From positions 1 to 64,000 of the forward strand of contig JBOEGF010000063.1 of assembly GCA_050633305.1 (NCBI GenBank): a DNA stretch of 64,000 nt, read 5' to 3'. The stretch comes from Nannocystales bacterium. GTDB taxonomy: Bacteria > Myxococcota_A > Polyangia > Nannocystales > Nannocystaceae. Numbering within the stretch: the stretch's first letter is position 1; every line of letters starts with the position of its first letter. The notes beneath the pieces were generated by a model. The model searched no databases and was not told the origin of the DNA. It was given only the letters and a program-made list of their open reading frames with translations. Positions 29,094 through 38,810 of the stretch are shown piece after piece. Made by a program: the position numbers and the translations under genes.

Positions 29094-32000
29094 TCTGTAC
29101 TCTCCTTGGTCGCGACCGCGCCACGGGCGTAAATGGCCGGAAGCACAAACATGGTCAGAAATGTTGCCGTGATGAGGCCGCCGATGACGACCGTGGCAAG
29201 CGGTCTCTGGACCTCTGCCCCGGCTCCGGTTGCGACCGCCATCGGCAGAAAGCCGATGAGGTCGGTGAGTGCAGTCATCAGCACCGGTCGCAGCCGAGCG
29301 CCGGCGCCCTCCAGCGCCGCGTCGCGTGGCGCTACGCCTTCTTGCTCAAGGTCTCGGATGTACGACACCAGAACGACACCGTTCATCACGGCGATGCCAA
29401 AGAGCGCGATGAACCCCACACCTGCCGAGATGCTGAAGGGCATGCCTCTCACAGCCAGCGCCAGGACCCCTCCCGAAGCGGCTAGGGGCACGTTCAGGAA
29501 GATCAGGACGGCTGGCCGCGCGGCGTTGAACGCCGCATAGAGCAGCGCGAAGATGAGTAGGAGCGCGATCGGGACGAGGATGGCGAGGCGCTCCGAGGCG
29601 CGCGTCAGGTTCTCGAACTGGCCACCCCACTCGAGCACGAACCCAGGCGGCATCTCCACGTCGTCCTTAATCGCCTGCTTCGCCGCACTCACGACCGATG
29701 AAATGTCCGCGCCCCGAACATTCAGCTCCACCGTGATCCGCCGCTGGATGCGCTCACGACTGATCTGGGCCGCACCTTGCTCGACGTCAATGGTTGCGAG
29801 TTCTCCCAGTGGGACCAGGCGTCCACCGACGCCCGCGATAGGGAACTGCCGGATCTTCTCGAGATCGTTGCGAACGGTGGCCGGAATCCGGACCTGGAGC
29901 GCGAACCGCTTCTGGCCCTCGAGGATCACGCCGACCTTCCTTCCGCCCAGCGCATCGACAGCATCGAGCACGTCGTCAGCGTCAACGCCGTGCCGCGCGA
30001 TGGATTCCTGGTCGACCTCGATTGTCAAAATCGGGAGACCCGAGACCTGTTCCACCTTCACGTCGCTGGCACCGTCGATCTGGCTGACCGACCGTGCGAT
30101 GTCCTCGGCAACCCGACGAAGGTCGTCGAGATCATCGCCGAAGACCTTGATCGCGATGTCGGAACGTACGCCGCTGATCAACTCGCTGACCCGCAGCTCG
30201 ATCGGCTGTGAGAAGCCGAATGCGGCCCCGATGACCCGCTCGTTGAGGTGCTCCTCCATTGCCTCAATCAGCTCCCCCTTCGAGTCGTACCGCCATTGCT
30301 CACGCGGGTGCAGGATCACGAACACGTCGCTCATCTCCACACCCATTGGATCAGTTGCGATCTCGGGCCTCCCTGTCTTGGAGATGACGGTCGCGACCTC
30401 CTCCTCGAACTCTTCGAGAAGCACCGCCTCCAGCGCGGTGGACTGCTTCGCCGCCTCGTCGATCGAGACAGAGGGTAGTCGCCAGACCTGCAGGGCTATG
30501 GAGCCCTCATCAAGTTTGGGGATGAATTCCGCACCCATGCGTGTCCCGACCCCGATGCTGAGCACGAACAGCCCCGCCGCGATTCCAACAACAACCAGTG
30601 GATGCCGAATCGCTCGCCGAAGCAGTGGATTGTAGCCACGTCTGGCGAGTCGGACCGCCACTGTGTCCTTGTGGACCACCTTCTTTCGCAAGAAGAACGA
30701 GCACAGGACCGGGATCACGGTCAACGCAAGCACCATCGAGGCGATCAGCGCGAACATGACCGTCCACGCCATCGGCCGGAACATCTTCCCCTCGATCCCA
30801 GTCAGCGTGAGGATCGGAATATAGACGAGCACAATGATCGCCACGGAGAAGGCGACAGGCCGCGCGACCTGCCTCGTCGCTCGGCGAATATCCCCCTGGG
30901 GGTCGTCATCCTCGCCGCTACGTTGCGCGCGAACCCGCACGACGTTCTCGACCATGACGACCGCACCATCGACGATGATTCCGAAGTCTATTGCGCCCAG
31001 ACTCATCAGGTTGCCCGACACATCGGCCTGCACCATCCCGATGAAGGCGATGATCATCGACAGTGGGATCGCCGCTGCGACAATAATGCCGCCACGCAGG
31101 TTGCCCAGCAGCAGGAGCAGCACGGCGATGACAAGGAGTCCTCCCTCCAGAAGGTTGGACGAGACGGTCTCGATGGTCCGGTCGACGAGATCCGTTCGGT
31201 CGTAGAAGGGCTCGATCGTGACACCAGCGGGCAGGCCCGCCTGGATGCTCTCGAGCTTCTCCTTGATACGCTCGACGACCTCACCGGAGTTCTCGCCCAT
31301 CAGCATCATGACCACACCGACGACCGCCTCCCCCTGCCCGTCCCGCGTCACAACCCCTTGCCGAACCATGGGGGAGAGACGCACCTGTGCGATGTCTCGT
31401 ACGTAGATGGGAGTCCCCTCGCCGGTTGTTCGGACGACAACGTTCTCCACATCGGTCAGCGATTCGAGTAACGCCTCCCCGCGAATGACGACTTGCTCAC
31501 GGTTTCGCTCGAGATACGCGCCACCGGCGTTCCGGTTGTTTCGCTCCAGCGCCTCGAACAGCTCCGACAACGGAAGCCGGTGCGCGCGCAAGGCAACCGG
31601 GTCGGGTTGTACCTCGTACGTCTTGAGCTCGCCGCCGAACGTGTTGACCTCCACGATCCCTGGAACGCTCTTGAGCTGGTACGCGACGAACCAGTCGAGG
31701 ATCGTGCGCAGTTCCATGGGCGTGTAGCAGTCGGGTGTATCCTCGGTGGTCGGGCACGCCGGGTCCCCACGGACCTCGAACTGGTAGATCTCGCCCAACC
31801 CCGTGGCGATGGGTCCCATCTCCGGGTCGCCATAGCCCTCGGGTATGGCTTCCCGAGCCTCCGCCAGGCGCTCCTGCACGAGTTGCCGCGCACGGTAGAT
31901 GTCGGTCCCCTCCAAGAAGACGACGGTCACGACCGACAGCCCGAACTTGGAGACGGAGCGAATCTCCTCAAGGTCAGGAATGCCCGCCATCGCGGACTCG

Positions 32001-32206
32001 ACCGGAAACGTCACGAGGCTCTCGACCTCGACCGGGGCCAACGCCGACGCCTTCGTCAAGATCTGCACCTGAACGTTGGTCACATCGGGGACGGCGTCGA
32101 TGCGTAGCCGCTGGGCCTGTTGCACTCCCACCGCGGTGAGAACGACGCCGAGGATGAGGACGAGCACACGATTGTCGAGCGCCCACTTGACGAGCTTCTC
32201 CGCCAT
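29090..32206 (-). CDS. czcA: Heavy-metal RND permease
   Basis: IDAVPDVTNVQVQ, NLMSLGAIDFGIIVDG, GAEVQRPLATVVIGG. Confidence 0.95.
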   Translation of the reverse strand: MAEKLVKWALDNRVLVLILGVVLTAVGVQQAQRLRIDAVPDVTNVQVQILTKASALAPVEVESLVTFPVESAMAGIPDLEEIRSVSKFGLSVVTVVFLEGTDIYRARQLVQERLAEAREAIPEGYGDPEMGPIATGLGEIYQFEVRGDPACPTTEDTPDCYTPMELRTILDWFVAYQLKSVPGIVEVNTFGGELKTYEVQPDPVALRAHRLPLSELFEALERNNRNAGGAYLERNREQVVIRGEALLESLTDVENVVVRTTGEGTPIYVRDIAQVRLSPMVRQGVVTRDGQGEAVVGVVMMLMGENSGEVVERIKEKLESIQAGLPAGVTIEPFYDRTDLVDRTIETVSSNLLEGGLLVIAVLLLLLGNLRGGIIVAAAIPLSMIIAFIGMVQADVSGNLMSLGAIDFGIIVDGAVVMVENVVRVRAQRSGEDDDPQGDIRRATRQVARPVAFSVAIIVLVYIPILTLTGIEGKMFRPMAWTVMFALIASMVLALTVIPVLCSFFLRKKVVHKDTVAVRLARRGYNPLLRRAIRHPLVVVGIAAGLFVLSIGVGTRMGAEFIPKLDEGSIALQVWRLPSVSIDEAAKQSTALEAVLLEEFEEEVATVISKTGRPEIATDPMGVEMSDVFVILHPREQWRYDSKGELIEAMEEHLNERVIGAAFGFSQPIELRVSELISGVRSDIAIKVFGDDLDDLRRVAEDIARSVSQIDGASDVKVEQVSGLPILTIEVDQESIARHGVDADDVLDAVDALGGRKVGVILEGQKRFALQVRIPATVRNDLEKIRQFPIAGVGGRLVPLGELATIDVEQGAAQISRERIQRRITVELNVRGADISSVVSAAKQAIKDDVEMPPGFVLEWGGQFENLTRASERLAILVPIALLLIFALLYAAFNAARPAVLIFLNVPLAASGGVLALAVRGMPFSISAGVGFIALFGIAVMNGVVLVSYIRDLEQEGVAPRDAALEGAGARLRPVLMTALTDLIGFLPMAVATGAGAEVQRPLATVVIGGLITATFLTMFVLPAIYARGAVATKESTE

Positions 32207-33385
32207 CTATTCCTCCTCCCCGAGCTCGGACTTGAGAAGTTGGCCCTTCAGCAGGAAGCTCCCGCTCGTGACGACCGTTTCGCCCGGGCTCAGGCCATTG
32301 AGGACCTCGACGCGATCGACGGCGCGGTCGCCCGTGTGAATACGTCGTAGCTCGAACTCACCCTCGGCCAGGCGAACGAACACCGCCGGATGGTCGTCAA
32401 CGATCTGAACCGCGGCAGAGGGGATCGCCAGGAGCTCTCGTGGCGCGTGACGATGCGCTCCCTGAAGCCGCGCTTCGGCGAACATCCCGGGCCGAAGCCT
32501 GCCGTCCTCGTTGTCGAGTACGACGCGAGCCCGAACAGTCCGAGTCTGTTCATCCAGCGTGCCGCCGATCTGGCTGACCTGCCCAAGGAAGGGCTCGCTG
32601 GGGTATGCGCGAACTCGGATCTCGACCTGCTGCCCCACCGAAACGAGGTGCATGTCGCGCTCATAGACATCTGCCTCGAGCCAAAGCTCGCGGAGGTCGA
32701 TGATCTTGAGCAGAGTATCCGTCGGCGAGACGCTTTGGCCGGCCACCGCCGCGCGTGCGACGACCGTGCCTTCGGTGGGGCTGCGAAGGACGATTCGCCC
32801 GCCGGTACCCGCGGGTTCCGCCCCAAGGGCCTGCAGCAGGCCCCGGAGCGACTGCTCCCTCGCCTTCTCCACGCGGAAGAGTCCTTCGGCTTCCACGACC
32901 TCTCTTTTTGAGGTGGCTTTGCCCTTCAGCAGGCGGCGTTCGCGGTCGCGGTTCTTCTGTGCGACGTCGAGTCGCGCCCCCGCAGCCGTCAGTTCCGCGC
33001 GCGTCTGGCCGACATCGGGGCTGTCGAGGGTCACGAGCTCGACCCCTTTGGAAACTCGATCTCCAACGTTCACGGTCACCCCCCGTACCCGACCCGCCAC
33101 GAGCGGCCCTACGACACCAGTCCGATCTGGGGGGGCTCGTAGTTCGGCGGTGACCGACAGCGCCGGAGACAACTCCGTGAGCTCCGCCTTCGCATACTCG
33201 AGGCGAAGCCCTGCGACAGCCTCGGGATGCAGCTTGAGGCGGTCGCGAGGCTCCCTCTCCTCTCCGGCTTCCTCGCCCTCACCGCCCTCCCCTCCCCCGC
33301 CCTCGCCGCTCTCGGGCGTGCACCCGACGAACAGCGTGGCGAGAACAACCGGGAGTAAACGCCTGATCGTCCTGCGTAGCATCAT
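32207..33385 (-). CDS. czcB: RND periplasmic adaptor
   Basis: LFVGC lipobox, LRPGMF, operon position. Confidence 0.9.
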   Translation of the reverse strand: MMLRRTIRRLLPVVLATLFVGCTPESGEGGGGEGGEGEEAGEEREPRDRLKLHPEAVAGLRLEYAKAELTELSPALSVTAELRAPPDRTGVVGPLVAGRVRGVTVNVGDRVSKGVELVTLDSPDVGQTRAELTAAGARLDVAQKNRDRERRLLKGKATSKREVVEAEGLFRVEKAREQSLRGLLQALGAEPAGTGGRIVLRSPTEGTVVARAAVAGQSVSPTDTLLKIIDLRELWLEADVYERDMHLVSVGQQVEIRVRAYPSEPFLGQVSQIGGTLDEQTRTVRARVVLDNEDGRLRPGMFAEARLQGAHRHAPRELLAIPSAAVQIVDDHPAVFVRLAEGEFELRRIHTGDRAVDRVEVLNGLSPGETVVTSGSFLLKGQLLKSELGEEE

Positions 33386-34665
33386 TTTTCCCCCCTCGGG
33401 CTCGCAGACGCGAGCGGTCGACCGGCGGCACTGAGAACCGCGGCGTGTGCCTTGGCGACATCAAGGCGAGCCTGGACGTAGCCGAGCTGTGCTTCGAGCA
33501 GTTCTCGTTGGAGCAGAACCACCTCGACGTAGGTCACCTTGCCCTCCCCGTACTGCTCCCTGAGCAGTCGAAGGTTCTCGTTCTGGGCGGTCAGCACGCT
33601 CGCGTCGTACACGGCCACCGCCTTGGTCGCGGCCCGGAGGCGAGCAGCGTTGGTCCGGATCTCGGCTTCCGCACGAAGCCCCGCGGCCACACGATCCGCC
33701 TGACGGCGCCGCGTCGTAGCACGAGCCTTTTGACGAGCGCCGCGGCTTCGGTTGAGGCTTGGCAGCCAGAAACCGACGACTCCGAGAATCACGCTGTCCT
33801 GTTCTTCGAAGCTGTACTGCGCTCCCAGACTCATGTCGGGCCACCTCTGTGCACGGGCAACGGTCTCGCCGTGCGCCGCGGCCCTCGTGCGTCGGGACGC
33901 TGCAACGAGATCGGGGCGTTGCGTAGACGCTGCTCCCACAAGATCCTCGATACTCGGCAAGACGACGGGGGTCGGTAACGATCCGTTCGGCGTCAGAGGT
34001 CGCCCCGGGGGCAACCCGACGACGGACGTCAGGATGACCCTCGCGGAAGTGACGTCCATCTCCGCGGCAAGCGTTCGGCGCCTTGCCTCCGCTGTGCGAA
34101 TCTTCGCGGCGTACAGCGCCGTGGGTGAGTCCGCTCCACTCTCGACCCGACGCTGTGCGAGCGCCTCGATCTGGGAGACGAGCCGCTCATTGTCCGTCGC
34201 GTACTGAAGTCTTTCCTCCGCCGCAACCGCATCGAAGAACGCCATGGCGACGCTGAGCGCGAGGCGCCTCGCTTCGTCCACGTTGTCGGAGCGCGCTGCC
34301 TCGAGGCTGTCCTTTGCGGCGCGCGTTCGCTTTCCCCGTTGTCCGGCGACCTCCAGTCTTTGCCGGGCCATGGCTTGGAACTGCGGCTGCAAGGGACGCC
34401 CGCGTGGGCCCCCGAACCGGGGGCCCACGCCAACCTGCAAATAGGCATCGTCGACGAGAAAGACCTCAGCTGTGGTGAGGTCGCCGCGGGCCTCCTCAAT
34501 CCCCGCGCGCGTAGAGTCCAACAACGGACTGTTGTCGCGCGCCAGTTGCAGGGCGGTTTCGAGGTCCACCGCCGGTGGGGGTGGTCCCGCCCAGGCCGCG
34601 GAGCTACGAGCAAGTAGTCCAGCCAGCACGAGGCTCAAGAGTTGTAAGAATCGGTTTCGGTTCAC
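33382..34665 (-). CDS. czcC: TolC-family outer membrane factor
   Basis: Signal peptide, QRLEVAGQRGKR, RPDL. Confidence 0.88.
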   Translation of the reverse strand: MNRNRFLQLLSLVLAGLLARSSAAWAGPPPPAVDLETALQLARDNSPLLDSTRAGIEEARGDLTTAEVFLVDDAYLQVGVGPRFGGPRGRPLQPQFQAMARQRLEVAGQRGKRTRAAKDSLEAARSDNVDEARRLALSVAMAFFDAVAAEERLQYATDNERLVSQIEALAQRRVESGADSPTALYAAKIRTAEARRRTLAAEMDVTSARVILTSVVGLPPGRPLTPNGSLPTPVVLPSIEDLVGAASTQRPDLVAASRRTRAAAHGETVARAQRWPDMSLGAQYSFEEQDSVILGVVGFWLPSLNRSRGARQKARATTRRRQADRVAAGLRAEAEIRTNAARLRAATKAVAVYDASVLTAQNENLRLLREQYGEGKVTYVEVVLLQRELLEAQLGYVQARLDVAKAHAAVLSAAGRPLASASPRGEK

Positions 34666-34751
34666 AGTTCCATCCGTCGCTGATCGTCGCGTTTCCCAGG
34701 TGAGCGAGACCTCCTACAAAGGAGCCCCTCGCGCCGATGGTGATCGCGAGA

Positions 34752-35102
34752 TCAGCGGGGCGGATGGAAGATCTGAAAGTAGAAATCTGATGGCAGACGC
34801 CGTTCGGACGTCCAGCTACGGCCGCGGGGCACGCTCATGCGCGGCGGCTCCACATCTGCGAAGCACGCGGGCACGGGGAACCCGCTGAACGGACAGCAAA
34901 GGCACTGGCATTGATCCGTCCCCTCCTCCGCGGGGCCCGGGTCGTTTTGGGGCTCGGGCAGGACCGTCGGCGCCACCGGGGCAGTTTCGACTGCGCAGCC
35001 TGCGTGCGTGACCCGTGGTGGCGTGTCGCAAGCGCACGCCTCTCTCATGCTCACGCAGACCAGAACCAGCGCGATGAGGAGCGCCGCGATTCGACCGATC
35101 AT
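34752..35102 (-). CDS. Small exported Cys-rich protein, CzcI/DUF2946-like
   Basis: Signal-like N terminus, CQCLCC, C-terminal FHPPR; ATG overlaps ArsR stop. Confidence 0.75.
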   Translation of the reverse strand: MIGRIAALLIALVLVCVSMREACACDTPPRVTHAGCAVETAPVAPTVLPEPQNDPGPAEEGTDQCQCLCCPFSGFPVPACFADVEPPRMSVPRGRSWTSERRLPSDFYFQIFHPPR

Positions 35103-35521
35103 CGCCGCCCCCGTCGGTGCCCAAGATGCTGGAGCGCGCCGCTTAGCATCTCGAGAACGCAGCCGTCGACCGCCGAGTAGTAGACAAGCTTGCCCTCGGT
35201 CCGGAACCGTAGGACGCCGGCGCGGCGCATGTACTGCAGGTGATGAGACACGGCGGAGACGGACATCTCCAAGACCTGCGCGAGATCGCAAACACACAAC
35301 TCCTCGGCCGACAGCGCCTGCAGGATCTTGGCTCGAACCGGACTCGCAACCGCCTTGAACAGATCTGCAACCGCGACCGCCGCATCGTCGCTCAGCATCG
35401 ACCGTCGCACCCGACGAACCCGATCCGCGTCGAACGAGAACACCCCGCACTCGCCGGACGGCGCATTCACCTCGGCTCGGCCCGGACTCTTCTTGTTGAC
35501 GCGTGCGACGGACTTGCCCAC
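35099..35521 (-). CDS. ArsR/SmtB-family repressor
   Basis: ELCVCDLA, SAVSHHL, EGKLVYY; start uncertain. Confidence 0.9.
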   Translation of the reverse strand: MGKSVARVNKKSPGRAEVNAPSGECGVFSFDADRVRRVRRSMLSDDAAVAVADLFKAVASPVRAKILQALSAEELCVCDLAQVLEMSVSAVSHHLQYMRRAGVLRFRTEGKLVYYSAVDGCVLEMLSGALQHLGHRRGRR

Positions 35522-35530
35522 CGTGGAATC

Positions 35531-35562
35531 AACATTCTTGATAATGTTTGAACGTCTGTCAA
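35531..35562 (-). promoter_or_regulatory. ArsR-type promoter/operator
   Basis: TTGACA-17 bp-AAGAAT overlapped by the AACATT-N6-AATGTT dyad (35531-35548). Confidence 0.7.
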
Positions 35563-35679
35563 GCGGCTCGTCGTGCGTCCCGGCCAAAAGGGAAGGCGGA
35601 GGACTCCGTGTTCCTCTGGACTGTCAATCGTCAACCGGCCAAACCGCTTGCGTCTGCGAGCCACGACCCCTAGTCTCCG

Positions 35680-36021
35680 GTGCGCGCTGTGTCCAACCTG
35701 AGCAGACTCCTGGCCCTCTTGATTGTGTTCGTGCTGATGCCGGGCACAGCTGAGGTCGTGGAGAACGTTGCGCACTTGGCCTCGGACGGCCACACGGCAC
35801 ATGCGATCGACGACGCGGAACATGCGCCAAGCGGTGACGAACACGGCTGCACCGGCACCGTCCACGTCTGCCAGTGTCATGCGTCGGTCTCGTTTCTTGT
35901 GAGCCGGGCAGCGTTTGCCATACCCGGACCACAGACGTCGGATTCGCGTCTGGCAACGATGGTCACGGGCCACGCCGTTGCGGGACACAGCCTCGGCGTC
36001 TATCGCCCACCCTCCGCGTAG
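35680..36021 (+). CDS. Small exported His/Cys-rich protein, CzcI/DUF2946-like
   Basis: Signal-like N terminus, EHGCTGTVHVCQCH, C-terminal YRPPSA. Confidence 0.78.
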   Translation: MRAVSNLSRLLALLIVFVLMPGTAEVVENVAHLASDGHTAHAIDDAEHAPSGDEHGCTGTVHVCQCHASVSFLVSRAAFAIPGPQTSDSRLATMVTGHAVAGHSLGVYRPPSA

Positions 36022-36124
36022 AGCCACGAACACAGGAGTGGTGCGTCCGCAGATCGAGCCCCGAGGGCTTGGTCGCGAGTGCACCGCATGACCTTTGTCG
36101 GCTCGTTCGCGCGAGGAGCAGTCA

Positions 36125-37582
36125 GTGCATAAGAAGACTTTTGCGGGGGGCACACCACCCCGCCGTACGCCATCCATCAGAGTATTCACAGCCATCGTCG
36201 TCGCAGCCTCTGGACTCGTTTCGGCCGCCTGCGACTTGCCGTCTAGCGGGTCAAGCAGGACTCCCAGCGAAGCTCTCCAGCCGAGCCAGGTCGCGCCGAC
36301 GCGAGAACCCGAAACGCGGGCGTCTCTGCCTTCACACGGCAGGGTGACCCTACCCGAAGCTCTCGCGTTCGCGGCTCAACACGCCCCTCCCGTGCTCCTT
36401 GCCAAAGCGGAGACGCAGGTAGGAGAGGCCGAGGTTGTGGCCGCACGCCAAGCACAACCATTCAACCCCACGTTATCCGTGGGGCTCGGGCGAAGACAAC
36501 AGGCCAACGGGACGGGACTCGATGCTCAGATCGGATTGCAGCAGCAGCTCGAGGTCGGTGGGCAACGCAGAAAGCGCAAGGAGAGCGCCCGACGCTTCCG
36601 CGAGCTTACGGCGCTGGGCCTCGACGCAGCGAGCTGGTCGGTTCATGCCGATGTTCACTGGGCATTCGAACGAGCCCTTCTCGCCGAACAGCGCTTGGCC
36701 CTCGCGAAGGAACGCGTAGCCGTCTCCCAGCAGCTCCTGGGGATGGCAAAACGCCGGGTCGCCGTCGGTGACGAGTCGAGTGTCGTTGTCGAGGTCGCCA
36801 CGGCCGAGCTGGCCCTCGCACAGAACTCCGAGACGGCCGCCCAGGCGGACGTCGACACATCGCGCATGGCACTCGCACAGGCGACCGGGTCCCAAGAGCC
36901 AGCCGAGCTCCAGCCTATAGGGAAGCTTGAACCTCCGGCTCTGACAAAGGGGGGACCCCACCTCGCGGGGTCAGCGATCCAGACGAATCCAACGCTGAGG
37001 AAAGCCCACGCGGCAACTCGCGTCGCTGAGGCCGATCTCGCGGTTGCCCGGCGGAACGCGTGGCCGTCCCCCACAGTTGGAGTGAGCTTTGCGCGGGAGG
37101 GCGCAACCTCGACCCCCGGCAACAACAACCCGGCATCGACCATCTGGATGGGCACGCTGCAGGTCCCCATCCCATCCTTCGCGCGAAACCAAGGGACAGT
37201 GGCCCGCAGCCGCGCCCAGGTCCGAGTTGCGGAGGCAAGGCACAAGACCACGCTCGTTCAGTTCAACTCGATGGTCGGAATCGCGGCGGCGCGAGTGGAC
37301 GCCGCTGCGCACCGGAGTACTGCGCTGGAGACCGGTGTCGTCAGTGCGTTCGAACGTTCGCTTACCGCTTTGCGACGAGCCTACGAGGTGGGCGAGCTGA
37401 GCTTCCTGGAGGTCGCGCAGGCCCTGCAGCGGCTCTGGGCAGCGCGGGAGCAGGCCCTCGACGCCCGCGCCGACTACCACGAAGCATTCGCGGACCTCGA
37501 ACGCCTCGTCGGACCGCTGGAGTCCGGAGAGTTCGGCGTCGTCGAGACGCCGACGAGCACCGATGAAGGAGAACTACGATGA
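36125..37582 (+). CDS. czcC: TolC-family outer membrane factor
   Basis: QQLEVGGQRRKR, YEVGELSFLEV; GTG start after GAGGAG. Confidence 0.88.
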   Translation: MHKKTFAGGTPPRRTPSIRVFTAIVVAASGLVSAACDLPSSGSSRTPSEALQPSQVAPTREPETRASLPSHGRVTLPEALAFAAQHAPPVLLAKAETQVGEAEVVAARQAQPFNPTLSVGLGRRQQANGTGLDAQIGLQQQLEVGGQRRKRKESARRFRELTALGLDAASWSVHADVHWAFERALLAEQRLALAKERVAVSQQLLGMAKRRVAVGDESSVVVEVATAELALAQNSETAAQADVDTSRMALAQATGSQEPAELQPIGKLEPPALTKGGPHLAGSAIQTNPTLRKAHAATRVAEADLAVARRNAWPSPTVGVSFAREGATSTPGNNNPASTIWMGTLQVPIPSFARNQGTVARSRAQVRVAEARHKTTLVQFNSMVGIAAARVDAAAHRSTALETGVVSAFERSLTALRRAYEVGELSFLEVAQALQRLWAAREQALDARADYHEAFADLERLVGPLESGEFGVVETPTSTDEGELR

Positions 37583-38802
37583 GCATCACGCGCACACGAC
37601 TCATGACATCCGCTTTCGCGTTGCTGCTCGGCTGCCGAGGTGATGCTGGCCAGGGCGCCGACCACGAGGACGGTGACGAACACGGGGCAAAGGATGAGCA
37701 CGGCGACGAGGGCGAGCATGGTGACGAGGGCGAACATGGTGACCACGAGGGCGAGGTCGTCCTCGATGAGCACGTCATCGAGCGCAACGGGATCTCGACC
37801 GAGCCGGCGAAACGGCGACTCCTGCTCGGTTCGCTGGAGGTCCCCGCCGAAGTACAGGTCAATCCCGACAGGACCGCGCATGTCTCGTCCCTAGTCCCGG
37901 GCCGGCTTGTCGAGATCCACGCTGCGCTTGGCGACCAGGTCGAGCGCGGCGACGTACTCGCGGTCGTCGAGAGTGTGGAACTCGGACGAGCGAGAGCTGA
38001 CCTTCTCTCGGCCCGAGCTCGGAAGAAGGCAGCCGACGCCGAGGTCGCTCGAGTGAGCACACTCGTGGAGGAGGGAATCGCGGCGAAAAAGTCTCGTGTC
38101 GAGGCTCGCTCGCGTGCTGACCAGGCACGCGCCGATGTTGCCGCCGCGCGCGCGACAATGTCGGTCTACGCGCTCAAGGGCGGCAGTGGACCTGAGCTGG
38201 CCCTTCGTAGCCCCCTGTCGGGCACGCTCATCGAGCGCCACGCGAGCCCAGGTGAGATCGTCGACCGGGAAACACCAAACTTCGTGGTCGCCGACCTCAC
38301 CCAGCTGTGGGTCATGGGCCGAGTGTACGAGCAAGAACTCGCGCGTGTTGGCGAGAGTGTAGCGGCGGAGGTGGCCTTGATCGCCTACCCCGGCCGCGTA
38401 TGGCCAGGGGTGGTCGACTACGTTGCGCGCACGTTGGACGAGGACACTCGGAGCGTGGCGATTCGGGTGGTCCTGGACAACCCCGAAGGAGTCCTGCTCC
38501 CGGGGATGTTCGGGACCATCGCCCTCGCCGACAAAGAGGCCGATGCAGCGCGCGACGACGGCGAGGTCGTATCGGTCCCAGAGTCAGCGCTGTCGTCGGT
38601 CGGCGACCGTACCGTCGTCTTCGTGACCGGAGACGAACCCGGCGCGTTCGTGCCACGAGATGTCGTCCCGGGCTCGAGAGCACATGGTTTCGTCGAGATC
38701 CGCGAGGGTCTTGCGGAGGGTGAACAGACCGTGGTCCACGGCGTTTTCGTCCTCAAATCCGAGTTTCTCAAGGGATCGATTGGCGAAGGCCACGCCCACT
38801 AG
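37579..38802 (+). CDS. czcB: RND periplasmic adaptor with His/acidic repeat
   Basis: LLGC lipobox, repeated EHGDEG, LLPGMF, C-terminal GHAH. Confidence 0.92.
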   Translation: MSITRTRLMTSAFALLLGCRGDAGQGADHEDGDEHGAKDEHGDEGEHGDEGEHGDHEGEVVLDEHVIERNGISTEPAKRRLLLGSLEVPAEVQVNPDRTAHVSSLVPGRLVEIHAALGDQVERGDVLAVVESVELGRARADLLSARARKKAADAEVARVSTLVEEGIAAKKSRVEARSRADQARADVAAARATMSVYALKGGSGPELALRSPLSGTLIERHASPGEIVDRETPNFVVADLTQLWVMGRVYEQELARVGESVAAEVALIAYPGRVWPGVVDYVARTLDEDTRSVAIRVVLDNPEGVLLPGMFGTIALADKEADAARDDGEVVSVPESALSSVGDRTVVFVTGDEPGAFVPRDVVPGSRAHGFVEIREGLAEGEQTVVHGVFVLKSEFLKGSIGEGHAH

Positions 38803-38810
38803 GAGTCGAC

